NCBI GenBank assembly: GCA_963724555.1
Contig: CAVRVE010000006.1
Span: 110,517 to 174,516 of the forward strand
DNA length: 64,000 bases
Direction of reading: 5' to 3'
DNA from: an uncultured Acidobacteriota bacterium
GTDB lineage: Bacteria; Acidobacteriota; Vicinamibacteria; Fen-336
The translations under genes were made by a program, and so were the position numbers. The notes beneath the pieces were generated by a model. That model did no database searches, was not told the DNA's origin, and saw nothing but the letters and a program-made list of their open reading frames with translations. Shown here in pieces: positions 9,844-20,212 of this stretch (positions within the stretch are counted from its first letter, which is position 1; each line of letters opens with the position of its first letter).

Positions 9844-12397
9844 ATGAGCCCACTTCGTCTTGCCAGCCCCCTCGCCTCTGCGCTCGTCCTGGTCGCCGCG
9901 CTGGCGACGTCGCTCGCGGCCCAGCCGGCGGCCGCGCCGGCCAGGAACGCCCTCCCGTCGATCGAGACGAAGACGGCGGCGATGAAGAAGCTCGACGGCT
10001 TCCTGCCGCTCTACTGGGACGAGGCCGAGGGCAAGCTCTACCTGGAGGTCGGCCGCTTCGGCGTCGAGATGCTGCACTCGAACGGCTTCGCGTCCGGCCT
10101 CGGCTCGAACGACATCGGCCTCGACCGCGGCGCGCTCGCGGGCTCGCGCATCGTGATGTTCGAGCGCGTCGGCCCGAAGGTGCTGCTGGTCCAGCCGAAC
10201 TACGACTTCCGCGCCAGCTCGACGAACCCCGAGGAGGTGCGAGCGGTGCGCGACGCCTTCGCGCGCTCGGTGCTGTGGGGCTTCACGGTCGCGGCCGAGT
10301 CCGACGGCCGCGTGCTCGTCGACGCGACCGAGTGGCTGCTGCGCGACAACCTGAACCTCGCGCCGCGCCTGCGGCCCGGCAGCTACAAGCTCGACGAGAA
10401 GCGCAGCAGCGTCTATCGCGCCGGCACTTTCAACTTCCCGAAGAACACCGAGCTCGAGGTCGAGCTGACGTACGTGCTGCAGCAGCCGTCCGGGCCGCCG
10501 CAGGGCGGCGCGGCGCCGGGGGCGGGGGCCGACTTCGGCGGCGGCCGCTACTTCGAGGGCGTGGGCGACGTGGCCGCGAGCGCGGAGGCCGCGAGCCTGC
10601 GCGTCCACCACTCGTTCGTCGAGCTGCCGGACGCGGACTTCCGGCCGCGCTTCGACGATCCGCGCGCCGGCTACATCGCGATCGGCTACCAGGAGCGCTC
10701 CGCCCGCCTCGAGGAGCCGCTCGCGCGCCGCCTGATCCTGCGCCACCGGCTCGAGAAGACGGACCCGCAGGCGAAGCTGAGCGCGGTCAAGAAGCCGATC
10801 GTGTACTACCTCGATCCCGGCACGCCCGAGCCGATCCGCTCCGCGCTGCTCGAGGGCGCGCGCTGGTGGAACCAGGCGTTCGAGGCCGCGGGCTTCAAGG
10901 ACGCCTTCCGCGTCGAGCTGCGGCCGGCCGACGTGAACCCGCTCGACATGCGCTACAACGTGATCAACTGGGTGCACCGCTCGACGCGCGGCTGGAGCAC
11001 CGGCGGCGCGGTCTACGATCCGCGCACCGGCGAGATCATCAAGGGCGTCGTCACGCTCGGCTCGCTGCGCGTGCGCCAGGACTACCTGATCGCCGAAGGG
11101 CTGCTGACGCCGTACGCCAAGGGCGACGAGAACCCGCCGGAGCTCGCGGAGTGGGCGCTCGCGCGGCTCAGGCAGCTCTCGGCGCACGAGGTCGGCCACA
11201 CGCTCGGGCTCTCGCACAACTACTACGACAGCGACCTCGGCCGCATCTCGGTGATGGACTACCCGCACCCGCTCGTCACGCTGAAGGCGCGACGGCACGC
11301 TCGACGCCTCGAGCGTCTACGCGCGCGGGATCGGCGAGTGGGACAAGGTCGCGATCGCGTGGGGCTACCTGCAGGCGGCGCCGGGCGCCGACGAGGGCAA
11401 AGCGCTCGCCGCGATCCTCGACGACGCCTGGAAGCGCGACGTGCGCTTCCTGACGAACCAGGACATCGAGACCCACCCGCGCGCCGACTGGTGGTCGAAC
11501 GGCACCGACGCCGCGGCCGAGCTCGTGCGGATGCTCGAGGTGCGCCGCGCGGCGCTGCGCCGCTTCGGCGAGAACGCGATCCGCGCGGGCCGCCCGATGG
11601 CCACGATCGAGGAGACGCTGGTGCCGCTCTACCTGCACCATCGCTACCAGGTCGAGGCGGCGGCCTCGGTGCTCGGCGGCCAGCACTACATCTACGCGCT
11701 GCGCGGCGACGGGCGCAAGCCGACGCGGCCCGCCTCGGCCGCGGAGCAGAAGGCGGCGCTCGACGCGCTGCTGCTGACGCTCGCTCCCGCGGAGCTGCGG
11801 CTGCCCGACTCCGTGCTCGCGGCGATCCCCCCGCGCCCGTCGGGCTATCCGCCGCACCGCGAGCTGTTCCCGCGCTACACCGGTGCGGTGTTCGACGCGG
11901 TGTCGCCCGCCGTGGTGGCGGCCGACCACACGGTCTCGCAGCTGCTCGACCCCGAGCGCGCGGCGCGGCTCGTGGAGCAGAAGGCGCTCGACCCGTCGCT
12001 GCCGGGGCTCGACGACGTGCTGGACCGGCTGGTGGCGGCCACCGCGCAGGCGGCCACCGCGTCCGCCTACGAGGCGGAGATCGCGCGCGCGGTCGAGCGC
12101 GTGGTGGCGGAGCGGCTGATGGGCCTGGCGGCGAGCGCCCGCATGCCGCAGGTGCGCGCGCTCGCGACGGACGCGCTCGAGCGGCGCGCTCAGACGGCGG
12201 ACACGGCCGCGGCTGCGCACCTCGGCGCCGCGCACGAGAAGCTGCTGCTGCAGGACATCCGGCGCTTCCTCGCGCGGCCGGCGGCGACCGCCTCGCTGCC
12301 GTCGTCCCCGGCGATCCCGCCCGGCCCGCCGATCGGCGAGCCGGATCCCGACTACCTCGGTCTCGAGCCGTTCTGCTCGCTCGCGGGCGGGCTCTAG
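9844..12397 (+). CDS. secreted zinc-dependent metalloprotease (HExxH Met-zincin; DUF5117/DUF4953-like), apparent frameshift near 11285
   Basis: ATG at 9844 with a GGAGGA RBS. Signal peptide. HEVGHTLGLSHNYYDS zinc-binding motif. The first ~480 aa lie in the frame of track ORF 9688..14133. They continue as ...SVMDYPHPLVTLKA / DGTLDASSVYARGIGEWDK... in the frame of ORF 11441..12397 after a one-base shift in aaggcgcgacggc. Confidence 0.7.
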
Positions 12398-13017
12398 CCC
12401 GCCTTCAGGAAGCCCCGGATCCCGTCGGCGACGTACTGGACCGCGAGCGCGGCGAGCAGCACGCCCAGCACGCGCGTGACCACGTTCGCGCCGGTGCGCC
12501 GCAGCACGCGCCCGAGCTGCCCCGAGAGCCGCAGCGCGAGCCAGGTGAGGCCGAGCACGAGCGCCATCATCGCGAACACGACGCCGAGCTTGCGGACGTC
12601 GGTGCCCGCCTGGCCGATCAGGATCAGCAGGCTCGCCATCGCTCCCGGTCCGGCGATCAGCGGGATCGCGAGCGGGAAGACGCTCACGTCCTCGCGCGAG
12701 CGCGCCTCCTCCTCTTCCTCCTCCGTCTCGCGCTGGTGCGGGGCCGCGAGCACCATGCCGACCGAAATGCGGAACAGCAGCACCCCGCCCGCGATGCGGA
12801 AGGCGTCGATGCTGATGCCGAGCTTGTCGAGCACGAAGTCGCCGAGCGTCGCGAAGCCGAGGAGCACGACGCCGGCGACGGTCACCGCCTTGCGCGCGAC
12901 GCGCTTCTGCTCCGCGTGCGAGCGCTCCCCCACCAGGCCCAGGAACACGGGCGCCATGCCGACCGGGTCGATCACCACGAAGAGCGTCATGAACGCCCGC
13001 AGGGCGAGCTCGGACAT
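12394..13017 (-). CDS. MarC family integral membrane protein (UPF0056)
   Basis: Six predicted TM helices. FVVIDPVG near the N-terminus is typical of MarC. The 3' end converges on the metalloprotease with a 4 nt overlap. Confidence 0.8.
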   Translation of the reverse strand: MSELALRAFMTLFVVIDPVGMAPVFLGLVGERSHAEQKRVARKAVTVAGVVLLGFATLGDFVLDKLGISIDAFRIAGGVLLFRISVGMVLAAPHQRETEEEEEEARSREDVSVFPLAIPLIAGPGAMASLLILIGQAGTDVRKLGVVFAMMALVLGLTWLALRLSGQLGRVLRRTGANVVTRVLGVLLAALAVQYVADGIRGFLKAG

Positions 13018-13026
13018 GGCGAGATG

Positions 13027-13995
13027 TTAGCGTGTCCGCGCGAACGCCTTCGCGAACGCGGCCGTGAGCTCCGGCCGCGCCGCGGCGGCCTCGCGCGCCC
13101 GCTCGCCGAGCCCCTCGCCGCCGAGCGAGCCGAGCGCCTGGAGGGCGTCGCGCGCCAGCGCCGGCGGCTCGTCGCGCACGATCGCCAGGAGCCAGTCCAG
13201 GGCCTCGTCGCGCCGGAGCGAGGCGACGGCGAGGAGCGCCGTGCGCGAGAGGCCCCGGCGCGCGGCCTGCGGCAGCCACGCGCGCAGCGCCGTAAACGCC
13301 TCGGGCAGCCGCGACTCGCCGAGGGCCAGGGCCGCGGCCTCGGCGAGCTCGTCCGCCTTTTCGAGGAACGTCTCCACGAACGCTCGCTCGCCTCTCGCAT
13401 CGAGACGCAAGAGCGCGAGCAGGCACTCGGAGACGACGCGCGGCTCCTTGTCGGGGACGAGCGCTCGGAGGCGCAGCAGCGGCGCACCCGCGCCGCTGCC
13501 GTGGCCCGCGACGGCGCGCGCCGCCGAGATCCGCACGGGCGGCTCCGGATCGGCGAGGAGCTCCGCGAGCAGCCCCAGCACGTCGCGGCCGCCGGTCTCC
13601 GCGAGCGCGAGCGCCGCGGCGCCGCGCAGGTCGACCGCGGTGTCGACGCGCCCGCCGAACACGGGCTCCATCTGCACGTGGCGGGCGGCGCGATGGTAGA
13701 GCTCTCCCTGGTCCTGGCCGAGGCGGCGCAGAGCCTCGACGATCGCCGTCTTGGCGCTGCAGCCCGGATCGCTCTTCGGCAGGTCCGCGAAGAAGCGCGG
13801 GAACGCCGCCACCAGCTCGGGCGCGAACGGCTCGAGCTCGAGCTCCGCGACGAGCGCCGCCGCGCGCGCGACGGCGTGCGCTCCCTCGCTCGTCAGCACG
13901 CGCCGCAGCTCGGTCCGCGAGGCTTCGCTCCCCGGCTCCTCGCGCACGCGGCGCAGCGCCTGCAGCGTCTCCTCGAGCGCTCGCTTGCGGGCCAT
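13027..13995 (-). CDS. HEAT/armadillo-repeat protein
   Basis: Repetitive Leu/Ala-rich helical repeats (…ALRRLGQDQ…, …AALALAETGGRD…). No enzymatic motifs. Confidence 0.6.
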   Translation of the reverse strand: MARKRALEETLQALRRVREEPGSEASRTELRRVLTSEGAHAVARAAALVAELELEPFAPELVAAFPRFFADLPKSDPGCSAKTAIVEALRRLGQDQGELYHRAARHVQMEPVFGGRVDTAVDLRGAAALALAETGGRDVLGLLAELLADPEPPVRISAARAVAGHGSGAGAPLLRLRALVPDKEPRVVSECLLALLRLDARGERAFVETFLEKADELAEAAALALGESRLPEAFTALRAWLPQAARRGLSRTALLAVASLRRDEALDWLLAIVRDEPPALARDALQALGSLGGEGLGERAREAAAARPELTAAFAKAFARTR

Positions 13996-14005
13996 CGCCA
14001 GGGCC

Positions 14006-16335
14006 TCAGGCCGCGGGCTCGCCGCCCGTGCCGCGGCGGACCGGCCACGCCGCGAGGGCGAGCGCGCCCAGGGCGCCGAGCGCGAGCGCCGCGAGCGCGG
14101 GTGCCCGCCAGGACGGCCGGTAGCGGACCGTGATCGTCTCGCCGCCGCCTCGCGTCGGGATCGCCCAATAGCGGCCGTTGGCGCGGAGGAGCGGCCGCGC
14201 GCCGTCGCTCGCCGAGGCCTGCCAGTCGCGGTGATAGCCCTCGCTCACGACCACGAAGCCCGGGCCGCCGCCGGCCCGCACGCGCAGCTCGTGCGCGCTC
14301 ACGCGCTCGACGCTCGCCTCACCGGGGCTCGCATTCGTCCCCGCAGCGAGCGGCGCGAGTGCCGGCGGCGGGTCTTCCGAGAGCAGCACGACGGCGCGCG
14401 GATCGCGTCCGATCGCCTCGAGGCGCCCCGTGACGTGCTGCGGGTCGCGCTCCACCTCGAAGCGCGCGACGGTGAAGGCGCGCGGGAGCGGGTCCCGCAG
14501 CTCGTAGAGTCGCAGCGGCTCGAGCACCTCGGGCAGCAGCGACCTCGCCGCGCGCGCTCACGAGCTCTTCCGGCAGCGAGCGGAACGACAGCACGTAGCG
14601 CACGGCCGCCAGGCGGAGGCGTGCGTGATAGCGGGCGAAATAGGAGGGCGTGCGCTCGCCCGGTTCGAGCGTCGAGCCTTCGGGCGCCCAGCCGGCGCGG
14701 TCCTCGTCCAGGGCGGCCTCGAGCCCGTCGAGCACCTGGCTGCGCGGCACGAGCGCCTGCCGGTCGACGGCGTAGAGCGCAACGTCGCGGTTGCGCTGCG
14801 ACCACGTCCGGAGCCCAGCGCAGGTCGCGGATCGACGCGGCGCCGTACGCGAACACGCGCGCGTCGGCGTTCGCGCGGACCTCTCGCAGAAGCTCGCTCA
14901 CCTGGGGCCGCAGGCTGTAGAACCCGGGGTCGGTCGAGAGGTTCACGCTGCCGTTCGCGATCAGCAGGTCGAACGCGACGAGCAGGCCGGCGAGCGGCGC
15001 GAGCGTCCGCGAGTGGGCCGCGAGCGCCGCGCCGAGCAGGAGCGCTCCGGCCGCCGCCAGGCTCGCGGGCCAGGTGGCCGCGACCACGGCGGCCGCGCGC
15101 GGCAGCAGGATCTCGGGGATCACCGCGCCGAGCAGCTGGCCGGGCAGCTCGGGCCGCACGCGGACGGCCAGCGCCAGGGCGACGAGCAGCGATCCCGTGG
15201 CGAGCGCGAGCCACGCGGGGCGCAGCGTGTCGCGGCGCGCACGGTCGAGGCCGCGCGCGGCGAGCAGCGCGAGCGCGAGGTTCGTGAGGAACAGCAGCTT
15301 CACCGGGGCGCGGAAGTGGCGCACGAGCGGCGCGAGCAGCCAGCCGAACGGGCCGTGATCCCCGAGCGCCAGCAGCACGCCGAGCGCCGCGAGCGCCAGG
15401 AGCTTCCAGGTCTCGGACGAGCGCGGAGCGCGCAGCGCCAGCCACAAGAGCGCGGGCCCGCAGTAGAGGCTCAGCAGGTACGGATACCCGTCCGGGAAGA
15501 AGGGCTGTCCCCAGTAGCCCCGCTCGGAGAACGTGTGGACGTCGCCGAACGCCCGCGGCAGCACGCCGTCGAGCAGCAGCGCCTTTGGCAGCGAGAAGGA
15601 GAAGCCGACCTCGGGCGTGAAGCCCGCGCCGCGCGAGGTGCCTGCGACGAGGCTCCGGACGCCCAGGAGCGCCGGCATCGCCAGCAGCAGCGCGAGGACC
15701 GCCGCGGCCATCGCCGCTCCGAGCTTGCGGCGGTCGGGACGCGAGGGCAGCAGCACGAGCGTCGCGAGCGCCGTCTGCAGCACGATCTCGGCGCCCAGGG
15801 TGGAAGCCAGGAGCGCCGCGGCGAGCGCGGCGAATGCGACTCGGCGCGGGCTGGGCGACGACCACAGCCGCAGCGCGGCGGCGATCAGCCACGGCGCCCA
15901 GGCCGCGGCGTGGTTGAGCTGCATCAGGTTGACGGTCGACAGGAAGTAGCCCGAGAGGCCGTAGGCGAGCCCCGCGACCCAGATTCCCCAGGCTCCCGCG
16001 CCGAGCACGGCCGCGAGGAACGACGCGCCGCACATCGCGACCAGCTGGTGGAGCGGCGGTCCGAAGCGCAAGGCAGAGAGCGCGGAGGTCGCGCGGACCA
16101 GCACCAGCTCCGCGACGTCCGTCGTCAGGAACGGCGCGCCGGCGTCGGAGGTCGGGTTCCAGAGCGGCCAGACGCCCTCGCGAAAGCTGCGCTCGAGGAA
16201 GGCCTCGTTCGGGTAGTAGTAGTACGCGACGTCGCGGAAGTACGGCACCAGGCCGAAGAAGAGCGGACCGGCGAACGTCCAGGCGACGAACGGCAGGTGC
16301 GCCAGGTACGGCCAGGGTGACCGACGTGGCGCCAT
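14006..16335 (-). CDS. YfhO-like polytopic membrane protein (GT-C-like), with at least two apparent frameshifts (~14545 and ~14810)
   Basis: Start MAPRRSPWPYLAHLPFVAW... The region YYYYPNEAFLERSFREGVWPLWNP is diagnostic of the YfhO family. The protein continues through frames 1, 0 and 2 (track ORFs 14299..17688, 14319..14750 and 14006..14527). Confidence 0.6.
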
Positions 16336-16371
16336 TTCGGGAATTGTAAAGCTGGCACACAATACCGCCTC

Positions 16372-17706
16372 ATGTCCTCTTCCTCCGGCGCGCCACCTCT
16401 CACCCGCACCGAGTGGCTGATCTGCTTCGTCGCTGCCCTCGGGTTCGCCTTCGACATCTACGAGCTGCTGATGCTGCCGCTCATCGCACCGCCGGCACTC
16501 GCCGAGCTGCTCGGCGTGCCGCCCGGCAGCCCCGCGATCAACGCCTGGGTGGGCTGGATGTTCTGGGTGCCGGCGCTCGCCGGCGGGATCTTCGGCCTGC
16601 TGGGCGGCTACCTGACCGACCTCTTCGGGCGGCGGCGCGTGCTGACCTGGAGCATCCTGCTCTACGCGTTCTCGGCGCTCGCCAACGCCTTCTCGACGTC
16701 GCCCCAGATGTTCCTGTTCTTCCGCTGCACCACCTTCGTCGGCGTCTCGGTCGAGTTCGTCGCGGCCGTCGCCTGGCTGGCCGAGCTCTTCCCCGAGCCG
16801 CGCCGGCGCGAGAAGGTCCTGGGCTGGACCCAGGCGTTCTCGTCGGTGGGCGGCCTCATGGTGACGGGCGCCTACTACCTCGCCGTGCACTACGCCGAGT
16901 CGCTGCCGGAGATCCGCGGCGGCCACCAGGCCTGGCGCTACGCGCTCGTGTCGGGCGTGATTCCCGCGCTGCCCCTCATCCTGATCCGCCCGTTCCTGCC
17001 CGAGTCGCCGGCGTGGCGCGAGAAGAAGCAGGCTGGCACGCTCAAGCGTCCGAGCCTCGGGGCGATCTTCCAGGGCGAGCTGCTCCGCACCACGATCGTC
17101 ACGACGCTGCTGTTCGCGTGCAGCTACGGAGTGGCGTTCGGCGCGATCCAGCAGATGCCGCGCATCGTGCCCGGCCTCGCGGAGCTCAAGGACCTGGCGC
17201 GGCCCGCGCAGCAGAAGATCGTGAGCGAGGTCCAGTTCTGGCAGGAGATGGGCGGACTCGTCGGCCGCGTGCTGCTCGCGTTCCTGGCCGTGGCGATCGT
17301 GGGGCGCCGCCGCTTGCTGCGCGTCTTCCAGGTGCCGGGCCTCATCCTGCTGCCGCTCGTGTTCGCCACCGCCGCGGGCGCGAGCGTCGGCGCGGTCAAG
17401 TGGGGCATCTTCCTGTGCGGGCTCGTGACCGTCGCTCAGTTCAGCTTCTGGGGGAACTACCTGCCGCGCGTCTACCCGACGCACCTGCGCGGCACGGGCG
17501 AGAGCTTCGCCGCGAACGTCGGCGGGCGCATGATCGGCACCTCGGCGGCGCTCGCGACCACCACGCTCGTCAACTTCATGCCGGGAGCCTCGCCGGCGGA
17601 GAAGCTCGCCTGGTCGGCCGCGCTCGTGGGACTCACGTTGTGCGTGGTCGGCTTCGCCGCGAGCTTCTTCCTCCCCGAGCCGAAGCAACAGGAGTTGCCG
17701 GATTGA
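16372..17706 (+). CDS. MFS transporter
   Basis: 444 aa with twelve predicted TM segments. Typical MFS loop motifs (GYLTDLFGRRRVL). It is divergent from the YfhO gene with a 36 bp spacer. Confidence 0.8.
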   Translation: MSSSSGAPPLTRTEWLICFVAALGFAFDIYELLMLPLIAPPALAELLGVPPGSPAINAWVGWMFWVPALAGGIFGLLGGYLTDLFGRRRVLTWSILLYAFSALANAFSTSPQMFLFFRCTTFVGVSVEFVAAVAWLAELFPEPRRREKVLGWTQAFSSVGGLMVTGAYYLAVHYAESLPEIRGGHQAWRYALVSGVIPALPLILIRPFLPESPAWREKKQAGTLKRPSLGAIFQGELLRTTIVTTLLFACSYGVAFGAIQQMPRIVPGLAELKDLARPAQQKIVSEVQFWQEMGGLVGRVLLAFLAVAIVGRRRLLRVFQVPGLILLPLVFATAAGASVGAVKWGIFLCGLVTVAQFSFWGNYLPRVYPTHLRGTGESFAANVGGRMIGTSAALATTTLVNFMPGASPAEKLAWSAALVGLTLCVVGFAASFFLPEPKQQELPD

Positions 17707-17721
17707 CGCTAGCGGGGGCCC

Positions 17722-17740
17722 GGGGGGCGCTAAGCCCCCC
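17722..17740 (+). terminator. GC-rich hairpin GGGGGGC-GCTAA-GCCCCCC, identical to 9714-9732, 16 nt after the MFS stop
   Basis: Exact 19-mer repeat. It is followed by a ~200 bp lower-GC leader before the ECF sigma gene. Confidence 0.4.
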
Positions 17741-17950
17741 GATGGCTCAGCCCAGAGAGTCCTGGCCTCCTTGGTCCGTTTCTCCCGCCTTGCCTTTAGC
17801 TCGTTGAAGTCGTTCGACTTAAACCGTTCCTCTCCCTTCGGTCCGTTCGGTCCCTCGACGTCGTCCCCCCGTCTCGATGAAACCCGAAGCCCCCTCGACC
17901 GGTACTACTAGCTGAAGCGGCCCGTTCGGCCGCCCGCGAGGCCGAAACCC

Positions 17951-18631
17951 TTGAGCTCCTCCGCGCTGCCGTTTCCGCTGCCGGGCTTGCGAATCTACGA
18001 CGCGGCCGCGGGCGAGCCCTCGCGGTCCCCCGCGCTCGCGGCGCTCGCCTCGGCCTCCGACGACGCGCTCGTCGAGCGCGTGGTCCGGGGGGACCGGGAC
18101 GCCTTCGCGCTGCTCTACCGCCGCTACGAGCGGCCGGTCTTCGCGGTGCTGCTGCGCCTCGGCGGGCAGCGCGCGCTCGCCGAGGAGTGGCTGCAGGAGG
18201 CGTTCACGCGCGTCTGGCTCGCCGCCGCGAGCCACGACGCAGCCCGCGGCGCGGTGCGGTCCTGGATCTTCGCGATCGCGCTCAACACGGCGCGCAGCGA
18301 GCTCGCGCGCAAGCGCTACAGGACGCGGCACGTCTCGCTGGACGAAACGGAGCTCGAGCTGCCGGACGCGACGGGCGGCGAGCCGCCGCTCGCGGCGCGG
18401 CTCGACGGACAACGCCAGGCGGGCGCCCTCGCCGCCGCGCTGCTCGAGCTGCCCGACCACCTGCGCGAGGTTGTGGTGCTGCGCTGCACGCGCGAGCTGT
18501 CGTTCGCCGAGATCGCCGAGGTGACGGGCTGTCCGCAGGGGACGCTGAAGGCGCGCTTCCACCGCGCGACGCAGGCGCTCAAGCGCCGTCTGGCCCGGGG
18601 CGACGCGCGCGGGACGGGAGGAGCGCAATGA
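17951..18631 (+). CDS. ECF-type RNA polymerase sigma-70 factor
   Basis: Sigma region 2 (FALLYRRYERPVFAVLLRLGG...WLQEAFTRVW) and region 4 (LREVVVLRCTRELSFAEIAEVTGCPQGTLKARFHRA). The stop overlaps the next start (ATGA). Confidence 0.85.
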   Translation: MSSSALPFPLPGLRIYDAAAGEPSRSPALAALASASDDALVERVVRGDRDAFALLYRRYERPVFAVLLRLGGQRALAEEWLQEAFTRVWLAAASHDAARGAVRSWIFAIALNTARSELARKRYRTRHVSLDETELELPDATGGEPPLAARLDGQRQAGALAAALLELPDHLREVVVLRCTRELSFAEIAEVTGCPQGTLKARFHRATQALKRRLARGDARGTGGAQ

Positions 18632-19104
18632 GGCACCCTGCGCCCGACGCCCTCCTCGAGCTCCATTTCGACGAAGCCACGCCCGGGGAGCGCGCGCCGC
18701 TCGAGGAGCACCTGCGCGGGTGCGCGGAGTGCTCCGGGCTCGTCTCGGAGCTGCGGCGCCTCGAGCGCGAGCTCGCCCCGGGGCCGGACGACGCGCCGCC
18801 CCGGGACGGGCTCGAGCGCGTGATGACGCGGGTGGCCGCCCTTCGCCCCGTGCGCCGGCGCAGCGCCGAGTGGGCGATCGCCGCGGGCCCCTGCGCCGCG
18901 GCGATGCTGGCGGGCGTGTGGGCGATCCGCTCCGGAGGCGAGAGGCTGAGCGCGCTCCAGATCGTGTCCGGCGCCTCTCTTGGCCCCTTGTCGGGCGAGC
19001 TCCTGGGCTTCTCGCTCGCGGCGCTCGGGCTCGTCGTGCTGGGCGCGCTGATCACGCTCGCGCTCGCGCCGGTGCTGATCCTGGAATCCCACGGGAGGTC
19101 GTGA
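18628..19104 (+). CDS. anti-sigma factor (zinc-finger type, single C-terminal TM)
   Basis: HLRGCAECS putative zinc-binding motif near the N-terminus. C-terminal hydrophobic helix. It is translationally coupled to the sigma gene and to the next gene (TGATG). Confidence 0.65.
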   Translation: MRHPAPDALLELHFDEATPGERAPLEEHLRGCAECSGLVSELRRLERELAPGPDDAPPRDGLERVMTRVAALRPVRRRSAEWAIAAGPCAAAMLAGVWAIRSGGERLSALQIVSGASLGPLSGELLGFSLAALGLVVLGALITLALAPVLILESHGRS

Positions 19105-20156
19105 TGCAGGCGAAGAAGAAGCTCATCTCCAAGCTCGCGCTCGGCGCGGGCGCCGTGCTGGTGATCGCCGCGATCGTGGCCCTGGTCTGCCTGCGCGTCG
19201 ACTGGACCGACCGGCGCCGCTTCGAGGACTCGCAGGAGCGGGCGAAGCAGCAGCGGATCGAGAAGGCCCGCGCCTATCTCGCCGAGCTCGCCGGGCGCAT
19301 CGACAAGCTCCCGGTCGACCCGACGCTGCTGAGCGAGATCGAGTCGCACTACTTCGAGGAGCAGGCGAGCGGGGCCGTCTACGTGTGGGCGATGGACACG
19401 AAGGGCGACTTCCAGTTCGGAGTGCCGCAGGCGGCCTTCAACAAGGTGAACGCGGTCTACGACAGCGAGGTCACGCCCCGGCTCAAGGAGGGCGTCTTTC
19501 TCGACCGCCAGACGTTCCTGATGAGCCTCGTCGACGACAGCGACGAGATCAGCCCCGAGCTGGTGGCGGACGGCAAGCCGCAGCTCACGGAGGGCCGCGT
19601 CGTCGAGCTCGTCGAGCGCGGGCGGCGCTTCCGCTACAACCGCTGGGAGCCCGAGCGCTCGTTCGTGCTGTCGACTCCGCTGAAGCGCGCCGACGGCGCG
19701 GCCCTCGGCAGCCTCTACCTCAAGCGGTCGCCGGTGCACGACAGCTACTACCGGCGCGCCGACCCGCTCGAGGCGGTGTTCACCGTCTCCGCTGGCCTGA
19801 TGGTGGCCTCGATCGCGGCCCTCTGGGTGCTGCTCCCGACCTGGGTCTACGTCGACGCGCGCGAGCGCGGCGTGCGCCGGGCACCGCTCTTCGCCTTCCT
19901 GACCGTGATCTCGTCGCTCGTCGGCCTCGTGGTCTACCTGATCGCCCGCCCCGAGGACCTGAAGCGGCTCACCTGCCCCGGCTGCGCGCGCGAGGTGAAC
20001 GGCGGGGCCTTCTGCCCGCACTGCGGGCGCGACCTGTCGTCGGCGATCTGCTCCGCCTGCCGCTATCCGCTGAAGCCGGACTGGGCCTTCTGCCCCGCGT
20101 GCCGCAACGAGGTCAAGCCGCAGCCCGTCGGAACGCCGGTGCCCGAGGCAGGCTAG
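19104..20156 (+). CDS. membrane protein with N-terminal TM, central soluble domain, two C-terminal TM helices and a double zinc-ribbon (CPGC…CPHC…CSAC…CPAC)
   Basis: 350 aa ORF in frame with track ORF 18720..20156. Four CxxC pairs within the last 60 aa. No recognisable catalytic motif. Confidence 0.6.
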   Translation: MQAKKKLISKLALGAGAVLVIAAIVALVCLRVDWTDRRRFEDSQERAKQQRIEKARAYLAELAGRIDKLPVDPTLLSEIESHYFEEQASGAVYVWAMDTKGDFQFGVPQAAFNKVNAVYDSEVTPRLKEGVFLDRQTFLMSLVDDSDEISPELVADGKPQLTEGRVVELVERGRRFRYNRWEPERSFVLSTPLKRADGAALGSLYLKRSPVHDSYYRRADPLEAVFTVSAGLMVASIAALWVLLPTWVYVDARERGVRRAPLFAFLTVISSLVGLVVYLIARPEDLKRLTCPGCAREVNGGAFCPHCGRDLSSAICSACRYPLKPDWAFCPACRNEVKPQPVGTPVPEAG

Positions 20157-20212
20157 CGCGTTTTTTCGAACCGCGACGGGGGCCCGAGCGTAGCGGCTCG
20201 CAGGAGGTCAGG

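Noticed and set aside
9688-16360. Very long Arg/Gly/Ala-rich ORFs (parts of 9688..14133, 14558..16360 and 14791..16320) crossing several genes.
   Set aside because: They run antisense or off-frame to the metalloprotease, MarC, HEAT-repeat and YfhO genes. They lack stop codons only because of GC richness.
20157-20212. GCTAGCGCGTTTTTTCG after the zinc-ribbon protein gene, considered as an intrinsic terminator.
   Set aside because: There is a T-run but no convincing GC stem before it. The next gene starts 56 nt downstream with its own RBS. It is more likely an intra-operon spacer.
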